64,000 bases of DNA from Candidatus Hydrogenedens sp. (GTDB taxonomy: Bacteria; Hydrogenedentota; Hydrogenedentia; Hydrogenedentales; Hydrogenedentaceae): NCBI GenBank assembly GCA_049968235.1, contig JBMFRC010000006.1, positions 96,001-160,000 of the forward strand, in the 5' to 3' direction. Under the pieces are notes generated by a model, which saw nothing but the letters and a program-made list of their open reading frames with translations, made no database searches and was not told the origin of the DNA. The position numbers and the translations under genes are program-made. Of this stretch, positions 48,339-59,175 are shown piece after piece (the stretch's first letter is position 1; the number at the start of each line of letters is the position of its first letter).

Positions 48339-49814
48339 ATGCAAATAAGTATAAATAAGTCCCTTTATAAATTTATTCTCTTTCTGTCTATAATTTTTTC
48401 GATGTTTATTATAACTTTCCACAGTTATACAGATGAACCTGCTTTACCTAAAGGATTATCTTCAAGTGAAAATACAACTTCTCCACAGTTAAAAGACAAT
48501 AATGAACCTGATCTACCTCAAGGATTACAATCCCAACCGACAAATGAACCTCAACTTCCACAGGGACTGGGGGAAATCGCCATAAAAGAAGAAAAAAAAG
48601 AAGAGAATAAACAAAAAAAACCGACGCCTCTTAATATAGACATAAAGGGATTTTTGGATAATCGTGCCGGTATTCGTTATAGAGAAGACAAGCAACAGTC
48701 AAAAGATTTAATCCTTGGGGAATCTCGTTTACAATTAAGAGCGGATAAATTCTGGGATAAGGTGGGTATTGAAACCACAGGGGACTTTTATGGAGATTTT
48801 GTTCAGGAGAAATTAAATTTTGACCTGCGTCAGGCACGGTTAACATGGACATTATCACCTACTTTAGACTTACGGATAGGTCGTCAAATCCTTACATGGG
48901 GAACAGGAGACCAAATCTTTATAAATGACCTCTTTCCCAAGGATTGGAATTCATTTTTTGTAGGTAGAGAACAGGAATATTTAAAAGCTCCTTCTGATTC
49001 TATAAAATTAGGTTGGTATCCTGAATGGTTTAACTTTGAACTTGTTTATACTCCTCGTTTCACACCGGATAGATATATCACAGGAAACCCAATTACATTT
49101 TGGAATCCTCTTTTTAATAGACTTCAGGGAGAAGAGCAAGAAATCCGACCTGACCATCCCGGTCCTCGATTTCGTGATGATGAATGGGCTTTCCGTGCGT
49201 ATAGAAAAATTAATAACTTTGAATTTGCCTTGTATGCTTATTCTGGAAGATGGAAAAGCCCCGGCGGTCAAAAATTATTACCTCCACTACAATCATACTT
49301 CCCAAAACTAAATGTTTATGGGACCAGTTTAAGAGGCCCTGTGTGGAAAGGAATATTATCTTTAGAAATGGGTTACTATGACTCTAAAGAGGACCGCGAT
49401 GGGACAAGTCCCTTTATTAATAACTCGGAAATTCGTTTCTTAGTAGGTTATGAACAGGAATTAGCAAAGGACTTTACAGGTGCTTTCCAGGTTTATTTAG
49501 AACATATGTTAGATTACAGAAATTATGAAAGCAATCAACCTTTCTGGATACATAATAAAGATGAAAATCGTCTATTGACTACAATCCGTCTTACCCGACA
49601 ATTGATGAATCAAAATCTTATTTTGTCATGGTTCATGTATTATTCCCCAACAGACCAGGATTTCTTTTTAAGACCTAATGTTCGTTATAAAATAAATGAT
49701 AAATGGTGGGTTGAAGGTGGAGCCAATATATTTATTGGAAACGAACCTTATACTTTCTTCGGACAATTTATGGAAAACTCAAACATCTATATAGGTGCAA
49801 GATGTTATTTTTAA
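48339..49814 (+). CDS. Putative outer-membrane beta-barrel protein with N-terminal EPxLPxGL repeats
   Basis: A signal/anchor sequence is followed by three EP.LP[KQ]GL repeats and a Lys/Glu-rich segment. The long beta-rich body ends in ...IGARCYF, a C-terminal aromatic residue typical of OMP barrels. Confidence 0.5.
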   Translation: MQISINKSLYKFILFLSIIFSMFIITFHSYTDEPALPKGLSSSENTTSPQLKDNNEPDLPQGLQSQPTNEPQLPQGLGEIAIKEEKKEENKQKKPTPLNIDIKGFLDNRAGIRYREDKQQSKDLILGESRLQLRADKFWDKVGIETTGDFYGDFVQEKLNFDLRQARLTWTLSPTLDLRIGRQILTWGTGDQIFINDLFPKDWNSFFVGREQEYLKAPSDSIKLGWYPEWFNFELVYTPRFTPDRYITGNPITFWNPLFNRLQGEEQEIRPDHPGPRFRDDEWAFRAYRKINNFEFALYAYSGRWKSPGGQKLLPPLQSYFPKLNVYGTSLRGPVWKGILSLEMGYYDSKEDRDGTSPFINNSEIRFLVGYEQELAKDFTGAFQVYLEHMLDYRNYESNQPFWIHNKDENRLLTTIRLTRQLMNQNLILSWFMYYSPTDQDFFLRPNVRYKINDKWWVEGGANIFIGNEPYTFFGQFMENSNIYIGARCYF

Positions 49815-49843
49815 TCATCTAACACTATACAGGACACTGTATA

Positions 49844-51583
49844 ATGCAAAAGCAAAAAAAAGTAAGATTTTATTATATTTTCTTATTGCTAACAATTCCT
49901 TTTCTTATAACAAATAATGTCTTTGCTAAAAAGAAATCTGCAGATAAAAAAACGCCTTCTCAACCGTCTATACCCATCAATCAATATGAGAACCAAAAAT
50001 ACAGTGAATATTCAGGACCTAAAGGCATATTGGATATAGATGTAACCGATGTCGTAGGGAAGTATTGGGGAGCAAGAGTTGATTTATTAAATATAGAGGA
50101 TGGGAAACGATATCGTTTTGATTTTCCGGAGGGGAAAGGAGAACAAAAAGTCCCTATTGGAAGTTTTAGGGCTTATATTTTTGCATATGATAATGGGGTA
50201 CCTATAATGGTGCAAATCAAGGATATTACAATAAAAGAAAATCAACCCGTTTTTATTCCAATTACACTTCTGGAAGGGACAACAGGTCCTCTTGTTTTGA
50301 GAGATTTCGACAGTGATGCTGACCTTGTGCTGGATAGAGTTGAAATAGAATCAGGGACAGACCCTTACAATCCTCTGGATGTCCCCGGTAAAAAGACAAT
50401 ACCTGTCGAAAACAAAGTTATACAAAATAAACCGGGATGGTACAAAGGTGAATTATGTTGCTTTTCTAAATATAGCATCGGTAGTGAAACAGTAGGAGAA
50501 CTAATCAAAAGGGCAGAAAAAGATGGGCTTGATTTTCTCGCTATAACAGATATAAACACATTGAAATCCATTGAAGACCCCGAATATCATTCCGATAAAC
50601 TTGTTCTCATACCTGCAATGAAATGGGGAAATGAACAGATGGGATATGCTCTGGTGTATTGTCCTCGAACACCTTTAGATAGTCCGACAACAATTCCTGA
50701 GGCACAAGCGGAATGTATTCGTGTCCAGGCACAGGGTGGAATTTTTGCTATCGCTCATCCTTGTTTTCCGACAGGCTTCTGGCGTTGGGGTTTAAATTAT
50801 GTAAATGCTATTCAAGTGTGGTGTAGAGAGTGGAGAGCCATTCCACCTCTTACTATAGATAAATTAGATGACTGGCTCAAGGAAAAGAAAAATGGAAAAT
50901 TTATATATTCACTTACAGCCGCAGTAAATGAATCGAAGATTGCATCTGTTTCTGCCAATTCTCAATCAACACGCTTCTGGGATTATGAAGTAGCACGAGG
51001 TGCTATGGTATGTGGCATTGCAGGAAGTCATTCTTCAAACCCTTCAGTTCCCTTAGGAAAGCCCATAACCTATATACGAGCAGAGAATAAATCATTAGGG
51101 GCTATCCTTGAAGGACTTCGTTTGGGAAGAACTTATGTATCTTCTGGGATTAATGGCCCAAAATTAAGTTTTATGGCAGATTCATTAGCGGATAATAAAA
51201 TTGATGTAAGCATTGGAGGTATTGTCCCTCTGGGAATAGATATTCGTTTTGAAGCAATTGCTGAAAATGCAAAAGGAAAAAAATTAGAAGTGTTATTTAA
51301 CGGAAGACCTATCGTTACAAAAATCATTGAAAGTGATAACTTTGCAATCCGTTTTACGGACAAACCTATACGTAGTGGTGCCTACCGACTTCGCATTATT
51401 GGTGCTCCGGAGAATACAAAAGGCTTTGGTGATATAGAAGTCTATGCAATGACCAGCCCTATATATGCACAGGATATTACTCCCGAATTACTCTGGCGTT
51501 TGCCCAAATTTGACCCCAAAAAAGCATGGATAGAAATTAAGCCCAGTGAAGAAGGTTCATACCTCAATCTCCCTGAAAACTAA
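49844..51583 (+). CDS. Secreted PHP-like (CehA/McbA-family) metallohydrolase, putative
   Basis: A signal peptide precedes the segment LDFLAITDINTL...IFAIAHPCFP, which resembles PHP/CehA-McbA metal-binding strands. The assignment is tentative. Confidence 0.4.
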   Translation: MQKQKKVRFYYIFLLLTIPFLITNNVFAKKKSADKKTPSQPSIPINQYENQKYSEYSGPKGILDIDVTDVVGKYWGARVDLLNIEDGKRYRFDFPEGKGEQKVPIGSFRAYIFAYDNGVPIMVQIKDITIKENQPVFIPITLLEGTTGPLVLRDFDSDADLVLDRVEIESGTDPYNPLDVPGKKTIPVENKVIQNKPGWYKGELCCFSKYSIGSETVGELIKRAEKDGLDFLAITDINTLKSIEDPEYHSDKLVLIPAMKWGNEQMGYALVYCPRTPLDSPTTIPEAQAECIRVQAQGGIFAIAHPCFPTGFWRWGLNYVNAIQVWCREWRAIPPLTIDKLDDWLKEKKNGKFIYSLTAAVNESKIASVSANSQSTRFWDYEVARGAMVCGIAGSHSSNPSVPLGKPITYIRAENKSLGAILEGLRLGRTYVSSGINGPKLSFMADSLADNKIDVSIGGIVPLGIDIRFEAIAENAKGKKLEVLFNGRPIVTKIIESDNFAIRFTDKPIRSGAYRLRIIGAPENTKGFGDIEVYAMTSPIYAQDITPELLWRLPKFDPKKAWIEIKPSEEGSYLNLPEN

Positions 51584-51683
51584 CCTTTTACAATCTCTTT
51601 TTTGATAAAATATAATACATCAATCGAAATGATATTGGATTATCCTTTGTTATATCAGTAATCATTCTAATAAGGCATATCAA

Positions 51684-52505
51684 ATGGAAGAAGTAAATAA
51701 CATATACTTAAATGATGACCCGCTTATCATAGCGGGGAGAAAATTTAAGTCACGACTTTTAATTGGCACCGGTAAATTTCCGTCTGCCGAAGCATTACGA
51801 AGAACGATAAAGGCCTCCGGTACAGAGATTGTAACCGTAGCTCTAAGACGCGTTGACCTGAAAAAGCCAGAAAATGATAGTATCCTTTCTGTTCTCAATC
51901 CTAAAGAAATTCTTATTTTGCCCAATACCAGTGGAGCCAGAACTGCAGAAGAAGCATTAAAGTTAGCACGCATTGCCCGCTCTGCAGGATTAGAACCATG
52001 GGTAAAATTAGAACTGACACCAGAACCAAAATATTTACTACCTGACCCTATCGAAACACTAAAATCAGCAGAACTATTAATTAAAGATGGATTTACAGTC
52101 CTTCCTTATATTCAGGCAGACCCTATTCTTGCGAAAAAATTAGAAGAATTAGGCACGGCAACAGTCATGCCTTTAGGTTCTCCCATCGGTAGCAATAAAG
52201 GATTAAAAACAAAAGAACTTATAAAAATTATTATTGAGCAATCCAATATCCCGGTAATTGTAGATGCGGGATTAGGTGCCCCATCCCATTCCGCAGAAGC
52301 AATGGAAATGGGGGCAGATGCCGTCCTTGTTAACACTGCTCTTGCTGACGCTCAAGAACACGAAAAAATGGCGCTGGCTTTCCGTCTATCTACTGAAGCA
52401 GGACGGTTAGCTTTTCGTGCCGGATTGGGTCCGCAACGAGATATAGCAGAGGCTTCTTCTCCATTAACAGGTTTCTTATTTAACACAAAGAACAAATCCG
52501 AATAG
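51684..52505 (+). CDS. thiG: Thiazole synthase
   Basis: The protein contains LIGTGKF...LPNT.G.....A and a Schiff-base Lys region, in a length of about 273 aa. Confidence 0.85.
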   Translation: MEEVNNIYLNDDPLIIAGRKFKSRLLIGTGKFPSAEALRRTIKASGTEIVTVALRRVDLKKPENDSILSVLNPKEILILPNTSGARTAEEALKLARIARSAGLEPWVKLELTPEPKYLLPDPIETLKSAELLIKDGFTVLPYIQADPILAKKLEELGTATVMPLGSPIGSNKGLKTKELIKIIIEQSNIPVIVDAGLGAPSHSAEAMEMGADAVLVNTALADAQEHEKMALAFRLSTEAGRLAFRAGLGPQRDIAEASSPLTGFLFNTKNKSE

Positions 52506-52528
52506 CAACACTATCATGGTGTAATGAT

Positions 52529-53683
52529 ATGGAACCCTACTCTTTTGCAAATATTCTCAATAAATGGAATTCAGAACTTATTAACGAGGTATATGAAAAA
52601 ACCAATGAAGACAAAGTATTGTATGCGTTAGGGAAAGAATCTTTATCTATTGAAGATTTAATTGCCCTTCTTTCACCAAAAGCATTACCTTTCCTCGAAA
52701 AAATGGCTCAAAAAGCAAACCGATTAACACGCTGGCATTTTGGAAGAACTATATCCATATACGCACCTATATATCTTTCAAATCTTTGTGCTTCGGATTG
52801 TGTATATTGCTATTTTGCATCGCACTCCGGTATTCGTGAAAAACGAGTTACACTTACCGAAGAAGAAATACGAGGGGAATGCATTGAACTGAACAAAAAA
52901 GGTATTCAAACCATATTACTTTTGACAGGTGATGCCCCTAAAATAGTTACTGTGGACTATATATCTCAGGCAGTCCGTATCGCAAAAGAGTACTTTAAAT
53001 CGGTTAGTATCGAGGTATATTCTATGGATGAAGAGCATTATACTCAATTAGCAAATGACGGGACAGAAGGGGTCACCTTATATATGGAAACTTATGATAA
53101 AGAAACTTATGATAAAGTGCACTTATCTGGAAAGAAAAAAGACTATCTATATCGACTCGATGCTCTGGAAAGAGCGGGTAGAGCCGGTATCCGCAGGCTT
53201 ACTTGCGGAGTCCTGCTTGGATTAAGTGACTGGCGTCTCGATGTTGTTTGGCTTGCTTTACATGCAAAATATTTAGAAAAAATGTGCTGGAAAAGTGTGA
53301 TTTCACTTTCTTTCCCAAGACTAAAACATACACCTTCTCGATTTAAAGTACCTCATTTAGTCAGCCTTCAAGAATTGGTTCAAATTATTACCGCAATGCG
53401 ACTTTTTATGCCTTATTCTCCTTTTAACCTAAGTACTCGAGAAAGTGCAGAAGTACGAAATCATCTAATTCCGTTAGGGATTACTTCTATGAGTGCTGGC
53501 TCGTCAACACGACCCGGAGGATATAAAATTTACCAGAATGTTACTGATACACAACGTCCCGTATTAGAACAATTCGAAATTGATGACCACCGAACTGTGG
53601 AAGGAGTTATATCTGCCATTAAAAATAAAGGATACGACCCTGTCTGGGTTGACTTTGAACCCGGTTTTATAAAATCATTATAG
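52529..53683 (+). CDS. thiH: 2-iminoacetate synthase (radical SAM, tyrosine lyase)
   Basis: The radical-SAM CASDCVYC motif is present, and the gene lies directly downstream of thiG. Confidence 0.85.
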   Translation: MEPYSFANILNKWNSELINEVYEKTNEDKVLYALGKESLSIEDLIALLSPKALPFLEKMAQKANRLTRWHFGRTISIYAPIYLSNLCASDCVYCYFASHSGIREKRVTLTEEEIRGECIELNKKGIQTILLLTGDAPKIVTVDYISQAVRIAKEYFKSVSIEVYSMDEEHYTQLANDGTEGVTLYMETYDKETYDKVHLSGKKKDYLYRLDALERAGRAGIRRLTCGVLLGLSDWRLDVVWLALHAKYLEKMCWKSVISLSFPRLKHTPSRFKVPHLVSLQELVQIITAMRLFMPYSPFNLSTRESAEVRNHLIPLGITSMSAGSSTRPGGYKIYQNVTDTQRPVLEQFEIDDHRTVEGVISAIKNKGYDPVWVDFEPGFIKSL

Positions 53684-53703
53684 AAAACAATAGGAGTCCT
53701 AAA

Positions 53704-55308
53704 ATGAATAAATACTTTTTGCTCATTTTCTTGTTTGCTTTAACCTTTACCATAAGTGCTCAAACAGCAAATCCAACAGAATTAAAGGAATTTTCACGCG
53801 AGAAGTACATTGACAAATGTAAAGGGGCATGGTTAGGACAAATGATAGGAGTTACTTATGGAGATAAATATGAATTTCGTTCCAATGGAATTCCCATCCT
53901 TGAACCCTTAGATGAATGGACATCAGAAGCATTAGAACGAGCCTTTGCTCAAGATGATTTATATGTAGAAATGACCTTTTTAGAAGGTATCGAAAAATAT
54001 GGCGTTAATATCTCATTTGAACAGGCTGGAAAAACCTTTGCTGATTCAAAATATCCTCTATGGCATGCCAACAAAGCAGGTAGAGAAAATGTCAGAAAAG
54101 GGATTATGCCCCCTCTATCCGGACATCCTCGTTTTAATTCTCACGCAGATGATATTGATTTTCAGATTGAAAGTGACCTATTCGGGATTATTACTCCCGG
54201 ACTATTCAAAGAAATGCAACAACTGGGAGAAGTTTTCGGTTCTATCATGAACTATGGTGATGGACTTTATGCCGGGTATTTTATTGCAGGAATGTATTCC
54301 GCAGCGTTTTTTATTGATGATAATGTCGAAGAAGTTGTTCGTATGGGACTGTCGTGCATTCCGCCGGAAAGCACCTATCGCAAATGTATCGAAGATGTGA
54401 TAACATCGTATCATCAGCATCCGGATGATTGGCTGGAAACATGGAAATTTATTGAACATAAGTGGCAAGATGATATTGACTGTGAACCAGGAAATCTTGT
54501 AAATATTGATGCCAAAATTAATGGCGCTTATGTTGCTATTGGGTTACTTTATGGTAAAGGGGATCTGAAAAAAACGCTTGAAATTACAACCCGTTGTGGT
54601 CAGGATGCCGATTGTAATCCTTCATCATCCGCAGGTATATTATGTTGTATGAAAGGTTTCTCCGCTTTAGAACCTCTATGGAAAGAACATTTGCCAAAAG
54701 TTAGTGATAATAAATTCATTTTCACCAACTACTCATGGAACACACTTATTGACGCTTCGGTTCGTGTTGCTGAGCAAATTATTGTAAAAGCAGGTGGAAC
54801 TATAGAAAATAATATCTACAAAATCCCTGTTCAAACACCAACTCCACCACCTACATTAGAACAATGGGTCAATAAAAAAGATATGTTTAAACTACCTATT
54901 CCGCCAGAAGAAGTGGCAAAATGGAACGCTCTCTGGAAAGTAAAATCATGCAAAAAATCGGAAGAAGTGGGTGTGTTTCAAAACAAATTTGAGCGTAGCA
55001 ATGTAATTATGATTACACCTCCAGAAGAAGGTGTCCCAGCTCTTATTGAATATTTCTCCGAAATACCCGCAAATACTAAACAATTATTAATAGAGACATG
55101 CACCCCTAACAATCAGCCCTTCTCACTTCGACTTAGAGTTGATTATCTTCCTATTTATGAACAAACTATAAATAATACCCAATGGGTAATATTACCGGTC
55201 AATATAGAAAAATGGGCTGGCAGGAAACATGTGATAACCATCGAGATTATGTCCACCGAATCAAAAAATAAAATAACTGCTTGTTTAGGTAATATTACAT
55301 TTCAATAA
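53704..55308 (+). CDS. Secreted ADP-ribosylglycohydrolase-family protein (putative)
   Basis: A signal peptide is present. GAWLGQMIGVTYGD and GQDADCNPSSSAGILC resemble the N- and C-terminal metal-binding motifs of ADP-ribosylglycohydrolases. The assignment is tentative. Confidence 0.45.
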   Translation: MNKYFLLIFLFALTFTISAQTANPTELKEFSREKYIDKCKGAWLGQMIGVTYGDKYEFRSNGIPILEPLDEWTSEALERAFAQDDLYVEMTFLEGIEKYGVNISFEQAGKTFADSKYPLWHANKAGRENVRKGIMPPLSGHPRFNSHADDIDFQIESDLFGIITPGLFKEMQQLGEVFGSIMNYGDGLYAGYFIAGMYSAAFFIDDNVEEVVRMGLSCIPPESTYRKCIEDVITSYHQHPDDWLETWKFIEHKWQDDIDCEPGNLVNIDAKINGAYVAIGLLYGKGDLKKTLEITTRCGQDADCNPSSSAGILCCMKGFSALEPLWKEHLPKVSDNKFIFTNYSWNTLIDASVRVAEQIIVKAGGTIENNIYKIPVQTPTPPPTLEQWVNKKDMFKLPIPPEEVAKWNALWKVKSCKKSEEVGVFQNKFERSNVIMITPPEEGVPALIEYFSEIPANTKQLLIETCTPNNQPFSLRLRVDYLPIYEQTINNTQWVILPVNIEKWAGRKHVITIEIMSTESKNKITACLGNITFQ

Positions 55309-55395
55309 TTACAAAAATGAAAGAACTACCTTAAATCGTTTAAAATATATACGTGTAAAAAATAACGAAACCTCTCTCAAAAAGGAGTTGTGAAT

Positions 55396-56853
55396 ATGGC
55401 TGTTGCACCCATTAACTTTCCCAAAATTCATTCAGGTCTTCCATACAAAATCAAAGATATTAAATTAGCAGAATTGGGCAGAAAAGAAATTGAATTAGCA
55501 GAGCATGAAATGCCCGGATTAATGGCTCTTCGCGAAAGATACGCTACGAAACAGCCATTAAAAGGTGCCCGTATTATGGGCTCCCTCCATATGACAATCG
55601 AAACTGCTGTTCTGATTGAAACTTTAAAAATATTAGGTGCAGATGTCCGTTGGGCTTCGTGTAATATTTACTCTACTCAGGACCAGGCTGCCGCTGCTAT
55701 TGTTGCTACGGGAACTCCTGTCTTCGCATGGAAAGGTGAAACACTGGAAGAATATTGGTGGTGCACCTACCAGGCAATGTGCTTCCCAAATGGTCAAACA
55801 CCCAATATGATAGTAGATGATGGAGGAGATGCAACATTACTTATTCATCGTGGATACGAATTAGAAGAATATGCCCGCAAAAATGGAAAACTTCCTCCTA
55901 TTATCGATGGACATAAAGAACTCCAAATTATAGACAGTTTGCTTCATCAGATTTATCAAGAAGACCCTGATCGCTGGCATAGGACCGTCGAAAACTGGAT
56001 TGGCGTATCCGAAGAAACAACCACAGGCGTTCATCGACTATATCAAATGATGAAAGAAGGAAAACTACTCACCCGTGCTATGAATGTCAATGATTCCGTA
56101 ACCAAATCTAAATTCGATAACCTTTACGGCTGTCGTGAATCGTTAGGCGATGGGTTAAAACGAGCTACCGATGTGATGATTGCCGGAAAAACAGTCGTCG
56201 TTGCTGGTTATGGTGATGTTGGCAAAGGTTGTGCCCAGGCAATGCGCGGATTAGGTGCTCGTGTTATTATTACTGAAATTGACCCTATCTGTGCTTTACA
56301 AGCGGCAATGGAAGGTTATGAAGTAATGAGAATGGAAGACGCAGCTCCGATTGGCGATATTTTTGTTACTGCAACAGGCTGTTGCGATGTTATTCGTGGC
56401 GAACACATGCTTAAAATGAAACATCGGGTTATTCTCTGCAATATCGGACATTTCGACGCAGAAATTGATGTAGATTGGCTCGAAAAACAGGAAAATATTC
56501 GTGAAGAAAACATCAAACCGCAGGTAGACAAATTCATCTTCCCAGATGGCAAAGAAATCATTTTACTTGCCCGTGGTAGATTGGTTAATTTAGGCTGTGC
56601 AACAGGACACCCCTCCTTCGTTATGTCCAATTCATTCACAAATCAAACACTCGCACAAATCGCCTTATTTACCGAACCCGAAAAATATGAACGAGGAAAA
56701 GTTTATACACTACCTAAAAAATTAGATGAAGAAGTTGCCCGTTTACATCTTGAAAAAATAGGAGTAAAATTAGACCAGCTTACTCAAAAGCAAGCAGACT
56801 ACATTGGCGTCCCTATTGATGGACCCTACAAACCCGACCACTATCGCTACTAA
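55396..56853 (+). CDS. ahcY: Adenosylhomocysteinase (SAH hydrolase)
   Basis: The NAD-binding [10 protein letters not shown] motif is present and the AhcY core is conserved. I chose the ATG at 55396, which sits 8 nt after an AAAGGAG RBS, over the GTG at 55390. Confidence 0.9.
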   Translation: MAVAPINFPKIHSGLPYKIKDIKLAELGRKEIELAEHEMPGLMALRERYATKQPLKGARIMGSLHMTIETAVLIETLKILGADVRWASCNIYSTQDQAAAAIVATGTPVFAWKGETLEEYWWCTYQAMCFPNGQTPNMIVDDGGDATLLIHRGYELEEYARKNGKLPPIIDGHKELQIIDSLLHQIYQEDPDRWHRTVENWIGVSEETTTGVHRLYQMMKEGKLLTRAMNVNDSVTKSKFDNLYGCRESLGDGLKRATDVMIAGKTVVVAGYGDVGKGCAQAMRGLGARVIITEIDPICALQAAMEGYEVMRMEDAAPIGDIFVTATGCCDVIRGEHMLKMKHRVILCNIGHFDAEIDVDWLEKQENIREENIKPQVDKFIFPDGKEIILLARGRLVNLGCATGHPSFVMSNSFTNQTLAQIALFTEPEKYERGKVYTLPKKLDEEVARLHLEKIGVKLDQLTQKQADYIGVPIDGPYKPDHYRY

Positions 56854-57195
56854 TACCATATAACAAATCCATTTTTTATCCATTTAATACAATTAAAACA
56901 ATATACCATAACCATTACACTATAACAAGTTTACTTATATCTGTATAATTTAATTAGAATTATAATCCCCAACACTACTGATACTAGTTACCAGACAATT
57001 AATTCATGTTTTATCCGCATAATGCGAATATAATGATTAACTTTATTTTTTGATTTAAAAAAAATTTAATTTAACCCACATTTTTTATTATAGGTGTGAA
57101 TAATCATTTGCCCAAAAAATCCCTAAATTTACATATGCCTGTATGTATCCGCCCCGCATAAAATTGGGTATTGTTATTGTTTTGTTATAAAAAAA

Positions 57196-57230
57196 GTAAT
57201 GGAGAACATGTTTGCTCTCCATTACTTTTT
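57196..57230. terminator. Bidirectional rho-independent terminator (GTAATGGAGA / loop / TCTCCATTAC) flanked by an A-run and a T-run
   Basis: A perfect 10-bp stem lies about 30 nt downstream of the glmS stop on the minus strand. It is preceded by an A7 run and followed by a T5 run on the plus strand. Confidence 0.7.
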
Positions 57231-57258
57231 ATCGTTTTGTTAAAAAATTTTATTGTTT

Positions 57259-59094
57259 TTATTCGACGGTAACGCTTTTGGCTAAATTGCGAGGTTGGTC
57301 TACATCACAGCCACGATTTACGGCAATGTAGTATGCAAAAAGTTGTAAGGGAACGGCAACGATAATGGGACTAAAGGGTTCGTAGCAATCGGGAACATAA
57401 ATTACATCTCTGCTATGGGCTACAATATCATCATCACCTTCTGTGGCTACACTGATAACCAACCCTCGGCGTGCTTTTATTTCCTGTATATTAGATACCA
57501 TCTTTTCATAAGTATCGCCTTTTACTGCTATACAAATAACCGGGAAGGTTTCTGTTACCAGAGCTATTGGACCATGCTTCATCTCTCCGGCGGCATAGCC
57601 TTCTGCATGGATATAACTGATTTCTTTTAGTTTCAATGCCCCTTCTAATGCACTCGGAAAATTGAAGTTTCTTCCTAAATAGAAGCAACTCTCTGCATCT
57701 TTATACTCGGGGCGATTTGCCAGTTCTTTTACTTTTTCGTGGTTTTTCAATATATAATCAACTTTTGCTGGAATTGTTCTTAAATGTTCAATCATTTCAC
57801 GGGCTTGTTGTTTGGTGAGTGTCCCACGAATTTGCCCTAACCATATTGTAAAGAGAGCAAATGCCATACATTGCGAGGTATATGCTTTTGTAGAAGCCAC
57901 ACCGATTTCGGGTCCCGCTTGCTGATAGATAACACCGTGAGATTCGCGTGCAACACTGGAACCTACAACATTAACAATTGACGCGACTTTTGCACCACGA
58001 CTTTTAGCGATGCGTATGGCTTCTAAGGTATCCGCAGTTTCTCCTGATTGTGAGACAGCAATTAGGATTGTATTGGGAGGGATAATCGGGTCTCGATAAC
58101 GGAATTCCGATGCTAAATCCAATTCAACCGGGACACGGGCAAATTTTTCTATGAGATATTTGCCTACCATTCCAGCATGCCATGCAGTCCCACAGGCAAC
58201 AACATAAATTTTTTGACAGGCTTTTAATTCATCTTCGGAAATGTTCATATCTCTTAACTGCACTTTATCGGAACCTTCTTCTACCCGTCCCCGAAGTGTG
58301 CTCTGAAGGACTTCTGCTTGTTGGAAAATCTCTTTTAACATGAAATGGGGATAACCTTCCTTCTCTGCTGCTGAATCGTCCCATTCTACATTGTGAACAT
58401 GGACAGGAATAGAGTTTCCATCGACATCTTCAATACAAATAGTATCTCTTCTTATTTCACAGACATGTCCATTATCAATATAAATAACTTTGCGGGTATA
58501 TTTCATAATGGCAGGGACATCCGAAGCGATATAGCCTTCGCCATCTCCAATACCTACAATAAGAGGACTTCCATTTCGTGCTGCTATTAACACATCGGGA
58601 TTGTTTTTACATATTACACCAATGGCATAGGCACCTCGTAAATCTTTAAGGGCTCGTTGAACCGCTTTGAACAAATCTCCGTCATAATATTTTCTTACCA
58701 GATGCACTATGGTTTCGGTATCAGTTTGACTTCTGAACTTAATACCTTCTGCCTGTAATTGTTCACGAAGTTCATGAAAATTTTCGATAATCCCGTTATG
58801 AACCACGGCTATTTCCATTTTCATATCAAAATGCGGATGGGAATTTACTTCTGAGGGTTCTCCATGGGTTGCCCAGCGTGTATGTCCAATTCCCAATTGT
58901 CCCTGTATGGGGTGCTGTTCCAATTTTGCGTCGAGAACTTTTAGTTTTCCAACACTTTTTATATACTCTAAACCATTGTTATTTACGACAGCGACACCAG
59001 CAGAGTCATAGCCACGATATTCCAGGCGGTGCAGACCTGAAAGGATAATTTCTACTGCATTTTTAGGACCTATATAACCCACAATTCCACACAT
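57259..59094 (-). CDS. glmS: Glutamine--fructose-6-phosphate aminotransferase (isomerising)
   Basis: The protein starts MCGIVGY and has a GATase-2 domain followed by two SIS domains. It ends ...VTVE. Confidence 0.95.
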   Translation of the reverse strand: MCGIVGYIGPKNAVEIILSGLHRLEYRGYDSAGVAVVNNNGLEYIKSVGKLKVLDAKLEQHPIQGQLGIGHTRWATHGEPSEVNSHPHFDMKMEIAVVHNGIIENFHELREQLQAEGIKFRSQTDTETIVHLVRKYYDGDLFKAVQRALKDLRGAYAIGVICKNNPDVLIAARNGSPLIVGIGDGEGYIASDVPAIMKYTRKVIYIDNGHVCEIRRDTICIEDVDGNSIPVHVHNVEWDDSAAEKEGYPHFMLKEIFQQAEVLQSTLRGRVEEGSDKVQLRDMNISEDELKACQKIYVVACGTAWHAGMVGKYLIEKFARVPVELDLASEFRYRDPIIPPNTILIAVSQSGETADTLEAIRIAKSRGAKVASIVNVVGSSVARESHGVIYQQAGPEIGVASTKAYTSQCMAFALFTIWLGQIRGTLTKQQAREMIEHLRTIPAKVDYILKNHEKVKELANRPEYKDAESCFYLGRNFNFPSALEGALKLKEISYIHAEGYAAGEMKHGPIALVTETFPVICIAVKGDTYEKMVSNIQEIKARRGLVISVATEGDDDIVAHSRDVIYVPDCYEPFSPIIVAVPLQLFAYYIAVNRGCDVDQPRNLAKSVTVE

Positions 59095-59175
59095 AAAAAC
59101 ACTCCTTTATCTCTTTTGTTTTTTTAGATATGCAATTAATGTTCGTTACAAAAATTTTATTTGAATAAAAAAATA

